Virus record (IMG/VR): IMGVR_UViG_3300046804_003142
Span: 1 to 38,805 of that record
From: a virus
Lineage: Duplodnaviria > Caudoviricetes
Direction: 5' to 3' (one strand)
Length of the DNA: 38,805 nt
The notes below the pieces were generated by a model. It made no database searches. It worked only from the letters and a program-made list of their open reading frames with translations, and was not told the origin of the DNA. A program made the translations under genes and the position numbers. This document shows, piece after piece, positions 7,735 to 15,364 of this stretch (the first letter of the stretch is position 1; each line of letters opens with the position of its first letter).

Positions 7735-7782
7735 TTCCGTATTCCTTGTTTCCGTGTTTCAGATTTCCCTATAGGGTGCACC

Positions 7783-7812
7783 CTTATAAGAATATATATA
7801 AGGAATAGTCAA
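7783..7812 (-). promoter_or_regulatory. Sigma70-type promoter for the minus-strand cassette
   Basis: TTGACT (7812-7807), 17-18 nt spacer, then TTATAA/TATAAG. AT-rich and overlapped by the inverted repeat CCTTATA...TATAAGG. Confidence 0.6.
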
Positions 7813-7878
7813 GCGGATTTTGTCTTTTTAAGGTAGGGTGGTAAAGATTTTGGAAACGCGTTCAAATTGCGGGGGAAT

Positions 7879-8352
7879 ATGGCAAAAGAGACAAAAAAGA
7901 CGGGTAGGCCAACGATTTGGTCAGAAGGAATCGAGGACGAAATCTGCCGAAGGATTGCTGCGGGCCGCTCTGTAAATAGTGTTTCCAAAGATCAAGACAT
8001 GCCGTCAGACTTCACCATTTGGAAGTGGCTAGGGGAGAAAGAGAGCTTTTCTAGGAAATACGCCCGCGCGATTGAAGCGAGGGCAATGGCTCACGCTGAC
8101 GAAATTTCAGACCTGACCAAAAGAGTTGTATCGGGAGAGGTTCCGCCGGACGTTGCCCGCGTTGCGCTCGATGGGTTGAAGTGGACAGCGTCGCGGTTGC
8201 TGCCAAAACTTTACGGTGACCGGCAAAGCATGGACGTTTCAGTGACACATACGCACCAACTACATCTCGATGCGCTCAAACGGTTGAACGATTCAGCTAA
8301 GGCATTGCCAGCAAGCGATATCATCGAGGGCGAGATTGTTAGCGTTTCCTAA
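7879..8352 (+). CDS. terS: Terminase small subunit
   Basis: GRPT...EICRRIAAGRS...P...TIWKWL...F..KYARA...KW.ASRLLPK.YGD; Sf6 gp1-like TerS pattern. Confidence 0.85.
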   Translation: MAKETKKTGRPTIWSEGIEDEICRRIAAGRSVNSVSKDQDMPSDFTIWKWLGEKESFSRKYARAIEARAMAHADEISDLTKRVVSGEVPPDVARVALDGLKWTASRLLPKLYGDRQSMDVSVTHTHQLHLDALKRLNDSAKALPASDIIEGEIVSVS

Positions 8353-8374
8353 TAGGGCTTGGTCCATTGGGAAA

Positions 8375-8383
8375 TTATCCACA
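8375..8383 (+). promoter_or_regulatory. Perfect DnaA box TTATCCACA
   Basis: Exact 9-mer in intergenic DNA, upstream of a candidate promoter TTGACG-17-TACAAA (8412-8440). Confidence 0.6.
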
Positions 8384-8565
8384 GGCAGAAAACAGTCTCA
8401 CATAAATCGTATTGACGTTTTTGGAAATCAGTCTTACAAAGTCTTTAACGACAAATGGAAAGGGATTCGGTTTCATGTAACAAGCGCAACGATTGACGGG
8501 ATAGGGACGCGCGACGCTGCTACGCGGCGCGGAAAGGCGGATCGGGCGACCGTGAAACCGCAAGA

Positions 8566-8596
8566 CCCCCCCCCGTCTCCACCCCCCTGGGGGGTG
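8566..8596. repeat. C9 tract plus the palindrome CACCCCCC-T-GGGGGGTG
   Basis: C9 at 8566-8574 and the palindrome at 8580-8596, about 220 bp downstream of terS. Confidence 0.8.
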
Positions 8597-8654
8597 CGCC
8601 TGCTGCTGCCAACCCGCCCCCGAAAATCCAGTACCGCAACACGGAGATGCAGCT

Positions 8655-9206
8655 ATGCTTATAGGGTATGCCAGAACTTCCACCAATGACCAACACGCGG
8701 GCCTCGATGCGCAGAAGCGTGACCTTGCCGAGGCAGGGTGCGAGCGCATCTTTGACGAGCAAGTGTCATCTGTGGCGCGTCGTGACAAGCTCGACGAGGC
8801 CATCCAGTACTTGCGTGATGGCGATGTGCTTGTCGTGACCAAGTTGGACCGGCTTGCTCGTAGTGTTGCGGATCTCGTGACGATTGTCGCTGAGATCGAG
8901 AAGCGTGGCGCGAGCCTGCGTATCCTCGCCATGAATCTTGATACTCACACACCGACAGGCAAGCTGATGCTGAATGTGATTGGTTCTGTGGCGCAGTTTG
9001 AGCGTGAGATCATGCTTGAGCGTCAGCGTGAGGGTATCCAGAAGGCGAAGCGAGACGGGAAATACCGGGGCAGGAAGCCGACTGCTGCTGTGCGGAAAGA
9101 CGAGATCGTGACGCTATTGGCTGGTGGAGTTAAGCCCTTGGAGATCGCGTCACAGTTGCAGATCTCGAAGAGCAGCGTTTACCGTTTGATAGGGGAGATG
9201 GGATGA
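8655..9206 (+). CDS. Small serine recombinase (resolvase/invertase family)
   Basis: LIGYARTS (catalytic Ser), VVTKLDRLARS, DTHTPTGKLML...AQFEREIMLERQREG...GRK and a C-terminal HTH; 183 aa. Confidence 0.95.
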   Translation: MLIGYARTSTNDQHAGLDAQKRDLAEAGCERIFDEQVSSVARRDKLDEAIQYLRDGDVLVVTKLDRLARSVADLVTIVAEIEKRGASLRILAMNLDTHTPTGKLMLNVIGSVAQFEREIMLERQREGIQKAKRDGKYRGRKPTAAVRKDEIVTLLAGGVKPLEIASQLQISKSSVYRLIGEMG

Positions 9207-9958
9207 TCTCTGATGGTGATAAGATTGCTGTTTGGTTTTCCTGTGGCGCTGCCAGTGCTGTCGCTGCCAAATTAACCCTACAGAAGTACGGAGATCGGTG
9301 TAGCGTATCTGTTCTGAATAGCCCGGTTGCCGAGGAAGATGAGGATAATCGGCGCTTCCTTTCTGATGTGGAGAAATGGTTGGGCGTTGAGATTGGCATA
9401 GTCAGGTCAAAGAAATATCCGTCATGTTCTGCTGTTGAGGTTTGGAATGACCGGAAATTTATGAGCGGTAATGCTGGTGCGCCGTGTACCTTGGAGCTGA
9501 AGAAAAAAGCGCGTCAGGAATGGGAGAGGCAGAATCACGTTGACTGGCACGTTCTTGGTTTTACCTTTGACGAGGTCAGGCGGCATGAAAGGTTTGTTTT
9601 AACTGAGAGGGATAATGTTATTCCTGTGCTTATAGATGAGCGCGTAACGAAGGACATGTGCTACGACTATTTGCGTAAGGCAGGGATTGAGTTGCCACGG
9701 ATTTATAGTCTTGGGTATCCGAATGCGAATTGCATTGGCTGTGTTAAGGCGACATCCGCAACGTATTGGAGCCATGTTAAGTCTGTGCATCCAGATGTGT
9801 TTAGAGATCGTGCAGAGCAATCGCGTCGCATTGGAGCGAAGCTAGTTCGGCACAAGGGTAAGCGGATGTTCTTGGATGAGCTGCCAGATGGGGCTTTAGG
9901 CAGACCGATGAAGAACATGGATTTTGAGTGCGGGTTATTTTGCGAGGAAAAGATTTAG
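9203..9958 (+). CDS. PP-loop adenine-nucleotide alpha-hydrolase, PAPS-reductase-like phage protein
   Basis: WFSCGAASA (SGGKDS-like PP-loop), APCT.ELK, VLGFT.DE..R, NANCIGCVK and ECGLFCE. Confidence 0.75.
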   Translation: MISDGDKIAVWFSCGAASAVAAKLTLQKYGDRCSVSVLNSPVAEEDEDNRRFLSDVEKWLGVEIGIVRSKKYPSCSAVEVWNDRKFMSGNAGAPCTLELKKKARQEWERQNHVDWHVLGFTFDEVRRHERFVLTERDNVIPVLIDERVTKDMCYDYLRKAGIELPRIYSLGYPNANCIGCVKATSATYWSHVKSVHPDVFRDRAEQSRRIGAKLVRHKGKRMFLDELPDGALGRPMKNMDFECGLFCEEKI

Positions 9959-9967
9959 GGAGATGGG

Positions 9968-10171
9968 ATGATGGTCGGCTTTGACTCGAAGCGTAAGATG
10001 GCGGCTTCACGGCATTGCGATGACGAGACGATGGCGCACATTATAGATCTGCGTAAACGGTTAAGCGATGCTGAGACGCAGCGGGATAACTCTCTCGATG
10101 TTGTGATGGACTTGCGCCGCGAGAACGCGAAGCTAATCCGCATTGTGCAAGAAGTGACGAAGGAGCAGTGA
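9968..10171 (+). CDS. Hypothetical coiled-coil protein
   Basis: 67 aa that fill the gap between neighbours; heptad-like. Confidence 0.6.
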   Translation: MMVGFDSKRKMAASRHCDDETMAHIIDLRKRLSDAETQRDNSLDVVMDLRRENAKLIRIVQEVTKEQ

Positions 10172-10614
10172 TGAAGACAACACGTGAACGCTTTTTTAGC
10201 AAAGTTAAAATTAACGATGTAACCGGATGCCATGAATGGACCGGAGCAAAGTTTCGCGATGGTTATGGACAGTTTAGAGTTGGGGATGGAACATTGAAAA
10301 TGATTTCAGCTCATAGATGGATTTGCGAGCCAATTCCAGAAGGGATGCTTGTTTTGCATAAATGCGACAACCGTTCATGTGTAAATCGTGATCATCTATT
10401 CTTTGGCAGTCATAAAGAGAACATGACAGATATGGTTGCGAAGAACCGTCAGGCCAAAGGTGCAAGATGCGCTAAAACAAAACTTACAGAAGATCAGGTT
10501 AAGGAAATACGAAAGGACACCCGTAGGCAAAGAGACATTGCTGATGCTTACGGCGTTGGTAAATCTTTAATATCATACATAAAGAGAAAAGAAATTTGGA
10601 CGCACGTTGACTAA
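10168..10614 (+). CDS. HNH endonuclease (HNH_3 type) with C-terminal HTH
   Basis: CHEWTG..DGYGQF..AHR..VLHKCDNRSCVNRDHL..G...ENM.D, then KLTEDQV.EIR...IADAYGV.KS.IS.I. Confidence 0.9.
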   Translation: MMKTTRERFFSKVKINDVTGCHEWTGAKFRDGYGQFRVGDGTLKMISAHRWICEPIPEGMLVLHKCDNRSCVNRDHLFFGSHKENMTDMVAKNRQAKGARCAKTKLTEDQVKEIRKDTRRQRDIADAYGVGKSLISYIKRKEIWTHVD

Positions 10615-10616
10615 CA

Positions 10617-11264
10617 ATGAAACCAGTAATCTCAATCTTCAGGCATCACCCAGTTGCTTCGCAGGATTGCGTTGACGGTATGATTGAGGCGTTGTCTGGT
10701 GACTTTGCGATTAAGATATTCGATGAGACTGATCTTGCCCATGATCCTCTAATAGATACGGATATTGTCGCTTTCCCTGGCGGTATTGGAGATGCGTATT
10801 ACAGATTCTTTGACTGCTTCAAGCGGAGAGAGACGAATGAGATTGCTGATTTCATATCTCGTGGTGGCAAGTATTTGGGTATCTGTCTCGGAGCATATTG
10901 GGCTGGGCGAAATTATTTTGATCTTCTTAGTGGCCTTGAGCCTGTCCAGTATATCAAAAGCCCTGCTGCCGACATTAAGCGATCATATCCCACAGTGGCT
11001 AAAGTGACGTGGGGTAATCGTGAAGAGAAAATGTTTTTCTACGACGGATGCACTTTTGTCGGGAATGGTCGTTGCCAGTTGGTTGCTCGTTACGCGAATA
11101 GCCTTCCTATGGCAATTATCCAAGGCAGGGTGGGCCTCATTGGGTGCCATCCTGAGTCGCAGCAAAAGTGGTACGATAAGCCGTACATGCAGAAGTGGTG
11201 GCATGGTGGTGCGCATCATGAGTTGCTGTTGGGGTTTACGAAAAAACTGATGAGGCAGAAGTGA
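10617..11264 (+). CDS. Class I glutamine amidotransferase-like protein (BPL_N-like)
   Basis: FPGG, the GGKYLGICLGAY nucleophile elbow and HPE; the Cys-His-Glu triad is intact. Confidence 0.8.
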   Translation: MKPVISIFRHHPVASQDCVDGMIEALSGDFAIKIFDETDLAHDPLIDTDIVAFPGGIGDAYYRFFDCFKRRETNEIADFISRGGKYLGICLGAYWAGRNYFDLLSGLEPVQYIKSPAADIKRSYPTVAKVTWGNREEKMFFYDGCTFVGNGRCQLVARYANSLPMAIIQGRVGLIGCHPESQQKWYDKPYMQKWWHGGAHHELLLGFTKKLMRQK

Positions 11265-11437
11265 TGGAGATCGATCATAGCGCTGCTGAAAGAGTGAAGC
11301 AGTTAGAGGCAGAGGTGCTGGTGTATCGTGATGCTTTACACAAGATCTCTGACAGGTTGCTTGATGTGGATAGCTGGTTGGCTCGTATTGCTGACGCGAT
11401 ACAGTTGGCAGCGAGTGCTTTGAAGGGAGAGAGATGA
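11264..11437 (+). CDS. Hypothetical 57-aa helical protein (not in the ORF track)
   Basis: MEIDHSAAERVKQLEAEV...ALKGER; overlaps the neighbouring stop and start codons at both ends. Confidence 0.6.
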   Translation: MEIDHSAAERVKQLEAEVLVYRDALHKISDRLLDVDSWLARIADAIQLAASALKGER

Positions 11438-11670
11438 GCTTTGCAATTAAGATTGTCAGGGTGAAGATGCGCGATAAGAAGCGCGAAGAGTATTTCAACA
11501 GCATTGATTCTGGATGGGATTATCTGTGCAACGGTAAACTGTATTTACGGTGTCCTGCGTGCAAGTTGAGATTTACTGAAGGCGGCAATTACCCGTGCGG
11601 CGGGTATGAGAGTATGGTTTGTGGCGCAATGTCACAGAGGGAGCAAAAGAGATGGGTTGGACGAATCTGA
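11434..11670 (+). CDS. Hypothetical Cys-containing protein
   Basis: CPAC plus further Cys residues; ATGA coupling. Confidence 0.5.
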   Translation: MSFAIKIVRVKMRDKKREEYFNSIDSGWDYLCNGKLYLRCPACKLRFTEGGNYPCGGYESMVCGAMSQREQKRWVGRI

Positions 11671-11867
11671 AACCGAATCACGAATGGGAGAAGCTCGTGC
11701 GCAGTCTCGATACTGTGCGCGGAGATGCGATGCTGTCTTTCCGTAATGGATGTCCGTTTGACCATAACCCGTTTGAGGTTGGGACTGACCGGCACAAGGC
11801 ATGGGCAGAGGGATGGGAGATGGGCAAACAGAAATGGGGAGCGCCGGTCAATGAGAAGCGAAGCTGA
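11652..11867 (+). CDS. Small protein with a ribosome modulation factor (RMF)-like motif
   Basis: G...F.NG....NPF......HKAWAEGW resembles the RMF G..G..CPY...W..GW pattern. Confidence 0.45.
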   Translation: MGWTNLKPNHEWEKLVRSLDTVRGDAMLSFRNGCPFDHNPFEVGTDRHKAWAEGWEMGKQKWGAPVNEKRS

Positions 11868-12057
11868 GATATTGTTGCAGTTGTTCGTACACTCTTACTT
11901 TAACTTGATCGATCAACTGAGGAAGCGTGAAGAGATCGCGACGATGATGGACTCGTCCGGTGAGAGTAATGCTTTTAACATGGCTCTAGGGTATACCTAT
12001 GCCGCGTTGGATGATTTGGCGATGCGCGCAGATGCGTTGCTGCGTAAGGGTGAGTGA
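11851..12057 (+). CDS. Hypothetical protein
   Basis: MRSEAEILLQ...; GGGAG RBS upstream of the ATG at 11851. Confidence 0.55.
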   Translation: MRSEAEILLQLFVHSYFNLIDQLRKREEIATMMDSSGESNAFNMALGYTYAALDDLAMRADALLRKGE

Positions 12058-12188
12058 TGACATATCCTCAATTCAATTACACGCTTGGTGCACCTATGCC
12101 TATTCCTCCATCCATGAAGGTAATGCCAATTAGAAATACTCAACGCAAAACACAGTCAGGAGTTCCAGCGATACCGTTGGAGAAATAA
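12057..12188 (+). CDS. Hypothetical 43-aa Pro-rich protein (not in the ORF track)
   Basis: MTYPQFNYTLGAPMPIPPS...PLEK; coupled to the previous stop and to the terL start. Confidence 0.45.
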   Translation: MTYPQFNYTLGAPMPIPPSMKVMPIRNTQRKTQSGVPAIPLEK

Positions 12189-13597
12189 TGATGGCGAAGC
12201 AGGCAAAGGCAGACGGGAAAGAGTTTGACGATTTCATCGCGCTGTATCGCGGTGATCCGGTCAAATTTGTCCGAAATGTCTTGGGCGAGAAGCCATTGCC
12301 GTGGCAGGAAGAACTCTTGCGGAAGATCGCTGCCGGTAAGCGGCGCATCTCTGTGCGTGCGGGTCATGGTGTTGGTAAGTCCACTGTGTGCTCGTGGGCC
12401 ATTGTCTGGGTTATGTGTACGCGGTTCCCACAGAAATGCGTAATGACCGCGCCGACTGCGGGGCAGCTGTTCGATGCGCTCTTCTCTGAGTTGAAGGCGC
12501 AGGTGAACAAGTTGCCGCCAGTGCTGCGCGACTCATTCGATGTGCTGAGTGATCGTATCTCGTTGAAGGCTGCACCGGAGTCGAGCTTCGCATCAGCTCG
12601 CACCTCGTCCTCAGAGCGACCGGAAGCACTTGCCGGTATTCACTCGGAGAATGTGTTGCTGATTGTGGACGAGGCATCAGCTGTGCCTGAAGCTGTGTTC
12701 GAGGCAGCAGCAGGGTCGATGTCTGGTCACAGCGCGTGTACGATCTTGATCGGTAACCCGACGCGTAACAGCGGCTTGTTTTACCGGACACACCATGAGC
12801 TGGCCTCTGACTGGGACACGATGCATGTGTCCTGTCTCGATATTCCATTGGTGTCGCGCGACTTCGTTGAGCAGATCAAGGCGACCTATGGCGAGGGGTC
12901 GAATGCGTATCGGATACGCGTTCTTGGTGAGTTTGCCGTTGCCGATAATGATACGCTGATCGCGGCTGAGTTGGTCGATGCAGCCATGTCGCGTGATGTC
13001 ACAGCTGATGTGTCAGACGGCATGGTGTACGGGTTGGACGTTGCGCGGTTTGGGACAGACAGATCGGCATTGTGTAAGCGTAAGGGCAATGTCGTGATGG
13101 AGGTAAAGTCATGGGGTGGTCTCGATCTGATGCAGCTCGTCGGGGCCGTGGTGAACGAGGCGCGCACGGATAACCCTGTTGAGATCTGCGTTGATACTAT
13201 TGGCCTTGGGTCTGGGGTTGCGGATCGGCTGCGCGAGATGGGGTACAATGTCAGGGATGTGAACGTCGCTGAAGCGTCAGCCATGAACCCGAACGCGAAC
13301 AAGTTGCGGGATGAGCTGTGGCTTGCGGTCAAGGATTGGCTTGCAACCCGTACCGTGAAGATCCCAGCTGAGTCGGCGTTGCGGCATGAGCTTGTGGCCC
13401 CGCGTTATGGTTTTACGTCTTCTGGCAAGATTGTGGTAGAGTCGAAGGACTCGATGAAGAAACGCGGTATGCGGTCGCCTGACTTGGCCGACTCTTTATG
13501 TTTGACCTTTGCCGGTAATGCGGCGCTGGTTGGCGGAAGAGCGACACCTTGGGTAAAAGGAAGACCTATTAAGCGTGCGATTAAAGGTATTGTGTGA
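12188..13597 (+). CDS. terL: Terminase large subunit
   Basis: Q-motif PWQ, Walker A AGHGVGKS, Walker B LIVDEA, GNP coupling motif, and nuclease motifs GLDVARFG.D, VDTIGLG.G and SPDLADSL. Confidence 0.96.
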   Translation: MMAKQAKADGKEFDDFIALYRGDPVKFVRNVLGEKPLPWQEELLRKIAAGKRRISVRAGHGVGKSTVCSWAIVWVMCTRFPQKCVMTAPTAGQLFDALFSELKAQVNKLPPVLRDSFDVLSDRISLKAAPESSFASARTSSSERPEALAGIHSENVLLIVDEASAVPEAVFEAAAGSMSGHSACTILIGNPTRNSGLFYRTHHELASDWDTMHVSCLDIPLVSRDFVEQIKATYGEGSNAYRIRVLGEFAVADNDTLIAAELVDAAMSRDVTADVSDGMVYGLDVARFGTDRSALCKRKGNVVMEVKSWGGLDLMQLVGAVVNEARTDNPVEICVDTIGLGSGVADRLREMGYNVRDVNVAEASAMNPNANKLRDELWLAVKDWLATRTVKIPAESALRHELVAPRYGFTSSGKIVVESKDSMKKRGMRSPDLADSLCLTFAGNAALVGGRATPWVKGRPIKRAIKGIV

Positions 13598-13896
13598 TGG
13601 CGAAAAGTCCAGCATGGCAGCGTAAAGAGGGGAAGAACCCCGCGGGTGGGTTGAACGCGAAGGGTCGCGCTTCAGCAAAGGCTCAAGGGATGAACCTGAA
13701 GCCGCCGGTGAAATCAGGCGATAATCCTCGCCGTGCATCGTTCCTCGCTCGCATGGCAGGGATGCCAGGACCAGAGCGCGACGAGAAAGGCAAACCGACG
13801 CGGTTACTGTTGTCGTTGAAGGCATGGGGTGCATCGTCGAAGGCTGACGCGAAAGCGAAGGCAAAAGCGATTTCTGCACGGAACAAGGGGAAGTGA
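13594..13896 (+). CDS. Basic phage protein (DUF6321-like)
   Basis: AWQRKEGKNP.GGLNAKGRAS...RRASFLARM.GM.GP...L.AW; Lys/Arg-rich. Confidence 0.75.
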   Translation: MMAKSPAWQRKEGKNPAGGLNAKGRASAKAQGMNLKPPVKSGDNPRRASFLARMAGMPGPERDEKGKPTRLLLSLKAWGASSKADAKAKAKAISARNKGK

Positions 13897-13897
13897 C

Positions 13898-14059
13898 ATG
13901 AAGAAGGTTTGGGAAACGAAAGACCCGACGAAGAAAGATAAGAAGCTCTCGCCGAAGCAAAAGGCTTCCGCTAAGGCTATGGCGAAAGCGGCAGGTCGGC
14001 CTTATCCGAATTTGGTAGACAATATGCGTGCAGCGCGAAAGGCGAAGAAAAATGGTTGA
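13898..14059 (+). CDS. Small Lys-rich phage protein
   Basis: MKKVWETKDP...AKAAGRPYPNLVDNMRAARK; GGGG RBS upstream. Confidence 0.7.
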   Translation: MKKVWETKDPTKKDKKLSPKQKASAKAMAKAAGRPYPNLVDNMRAARKAKKNG

Positions 14060-14564
14060 AGCATGTCCGGTCGCCACGCGCGACATCACAGTGAACTTAC
14101 AGAATCGCGGCAAAGCGATTGATAAAGCGCATTACGGTCCAATGGACCCGAATCAGCCGAACGACCGCTACTGGGCGCAGAAAGCCAAGATGTGGGACGT
14201 ATCACCGGATGAGGCGAAGACGCAGCGTTGCGGTAATTGCGCGGCATTTGTTCAGACCACCACGATGATGAAGTGCATCGAAGACGGGTTGGCCGGTAAA
14301 GAGGGAAGCCAGCAAGATGCGATGGATGTTGTCGATGCAGGCGATCTTGGCTTCTGCGAAATCTTTGACTTCAAGTGCGCCGCTGCGCGCACATGTGACG
14401 CTTGGATTGTTGGTGGTCCTATTACGGATAAGACAGAGAGCGAATCTGAAGACGAGTCTGCGTCATCCGACAAAGAAGAAGATATGTCTGAAGCCGAGTC
14501 AGAGGACGAGTACGGTCCTATGGCTGAAGGGGCAGGTTTGCTTGAGGGTAAGTTGATCGGATGA
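14052..14564 (+). CDS. Conserved Cys-rich phage protein with an acidic tail
   Basis: CPVAT.D...NL.NR...QRCGNCAAF...GFCEIFDFKCAAARTCDAW, then an E/D/S-rich C-terminus. Confidence 0.75.
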   Translation: MVEACPVATRDITVNLQNRGKAIDKAHYGPMDPNQPNDRYWAQKAKMWDVSPDEAKTQRCGNCAAFVQTTTMMKCIEDGLAGKEGSQQDAMDVVDAGDLGFCEIFDFKCAAARTCDAWIVGGPITDKTESESEDESASSDKEEDMSEAESEDEYGPMAEGAGLLEGKLIG

Positions 14565-15178
14565 ACTTAGCGATCTGTATACCGGCTAGAGATGAGGTCT
14601 ACGCCGGTTTTGCCAAAGATCTGGCAGTCCTGTCAGCTCAAACCTACGCTGCGCCAGAATGGACGAAATTGGATATACTTATGGTAAGCGGCACTCTGAT
14701 TGCCGACCAACGGATGAAGTTGGCGCGCATGGCATTAGAGGGTGGCGCAGACTATTTGTTGTTTCTTGACAGTGACATGCGCTTCCCAGCTAATGCTGTG
14801 CGTCAACTACTGAAGCACGATAAGCACATTGTGGCAGCGAATTACGCAACACGGCGACTTCCGGTCAAAACTGTGGCGTTCAAGAATTTCCAGAAGCTCG
14901 AATATGTAACATCTGGTGTTGAATCTACAGGGTTAGAGGAAGTTGACGCTGTAGGGATGGGGTGCATGTTGGTGAAAGCCGACGTGTTCCGCGCCATGCC
15001 GATGCCGTGGTTTCAGATCGGGTATTCGCCTGATTGGAAGGCGTTTATCGGTGAGGACATGTACTTCTGCCGCGAGGCACAGAAGGCAGGGTTCAAGGTC
15101 TACATTGACCATGATCTCAGCAAACAGGTAAGACATATAGGTGTGCTTGAGTTCATGCACGAACACGTTGATCTTTAA
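14561..15178 (+). CDS. GT-A fold glycosyltransferase (GT2-like)
   Basis: ICIPARD, LLFLDSDM (DxD), GMGCMLV...VF, GEDMYFC and HIG. Confidence 0.85.
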   Translation: MNLAICIPARDEVYAGFAKDLAVLSAQTYAAPEWTKLDILMVSGTLIADQRMKLARMALEGGADYLLFLDSDMRFPANAVRQLLKHDKHIVAANYATRRLPVKTVAFKNFQKLEYVTSGVESTGLEEVDAVGMGCMLVKADVFRAMPMPWFQIGYSPDWKAFIGEDMYFCREAQKAGFKVYIDHDLSKQVRHIGVLEFMHEHVDL

Positions 15179-15190
15179 GGAGTATCTGCG

Positions 15191-15364
15191 ATGAAGGGTA
15201 AGGGTTCAGCTAAAATAGCTAAAGTGATGGGCGAATATAAACGCGGCAAACTTCACGCAGGCGTTAATCCGAAAGGCCCGAAGAAGGCACCGCTGGCAAA
15301 GAGCCGCAAGCAAGCCATCGCGATTGCACTCTCAGAAGCGGGTATGACAAAGAAGTCAAAATGA
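15191..15364 (+). CDS. Small basic protein (DUF6496-like; not in the ORF track)
   Basis: AAGGAG RBS; KIAKVMGEYKRGKLH.G...KSRKQAIAIALSEAG. Confidence 0.8.
   Translation: MKGKGSAKIAKVMGEYKRGKLHAGVNPKGPKKAPLAKSRKQAIAIALSEAGMTKKSK

Noticed and set aside
5600-8470. Enrichment of GANTC (CcrM) sites in the early region
   Set aside because: My hand count of about 15 in 2.9 kb is close to the roughly 11 expected by chance, so it is not supportable.
8655-9206. Prophage integrase or Tn3 transposon
   Set aside because: It is too short for a large serine integrase, and I saw no transposase, terminal inverted repeats or flanking host genes.
9203-9958. cysH auxiliary metabolic gene or a Dnd phosphorothioation system
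   Set aside because: The PP-loop is divergent (SCGAAS), the C-terminus is ECGLFC rather than ECGLH, and no other cys or dnd genes are present; only the fold-level call is kept.
12188-13597. Intron or intein in terL
   Set aside because: The ORF is uninterrupted, of normal length, and has all motifs in order.
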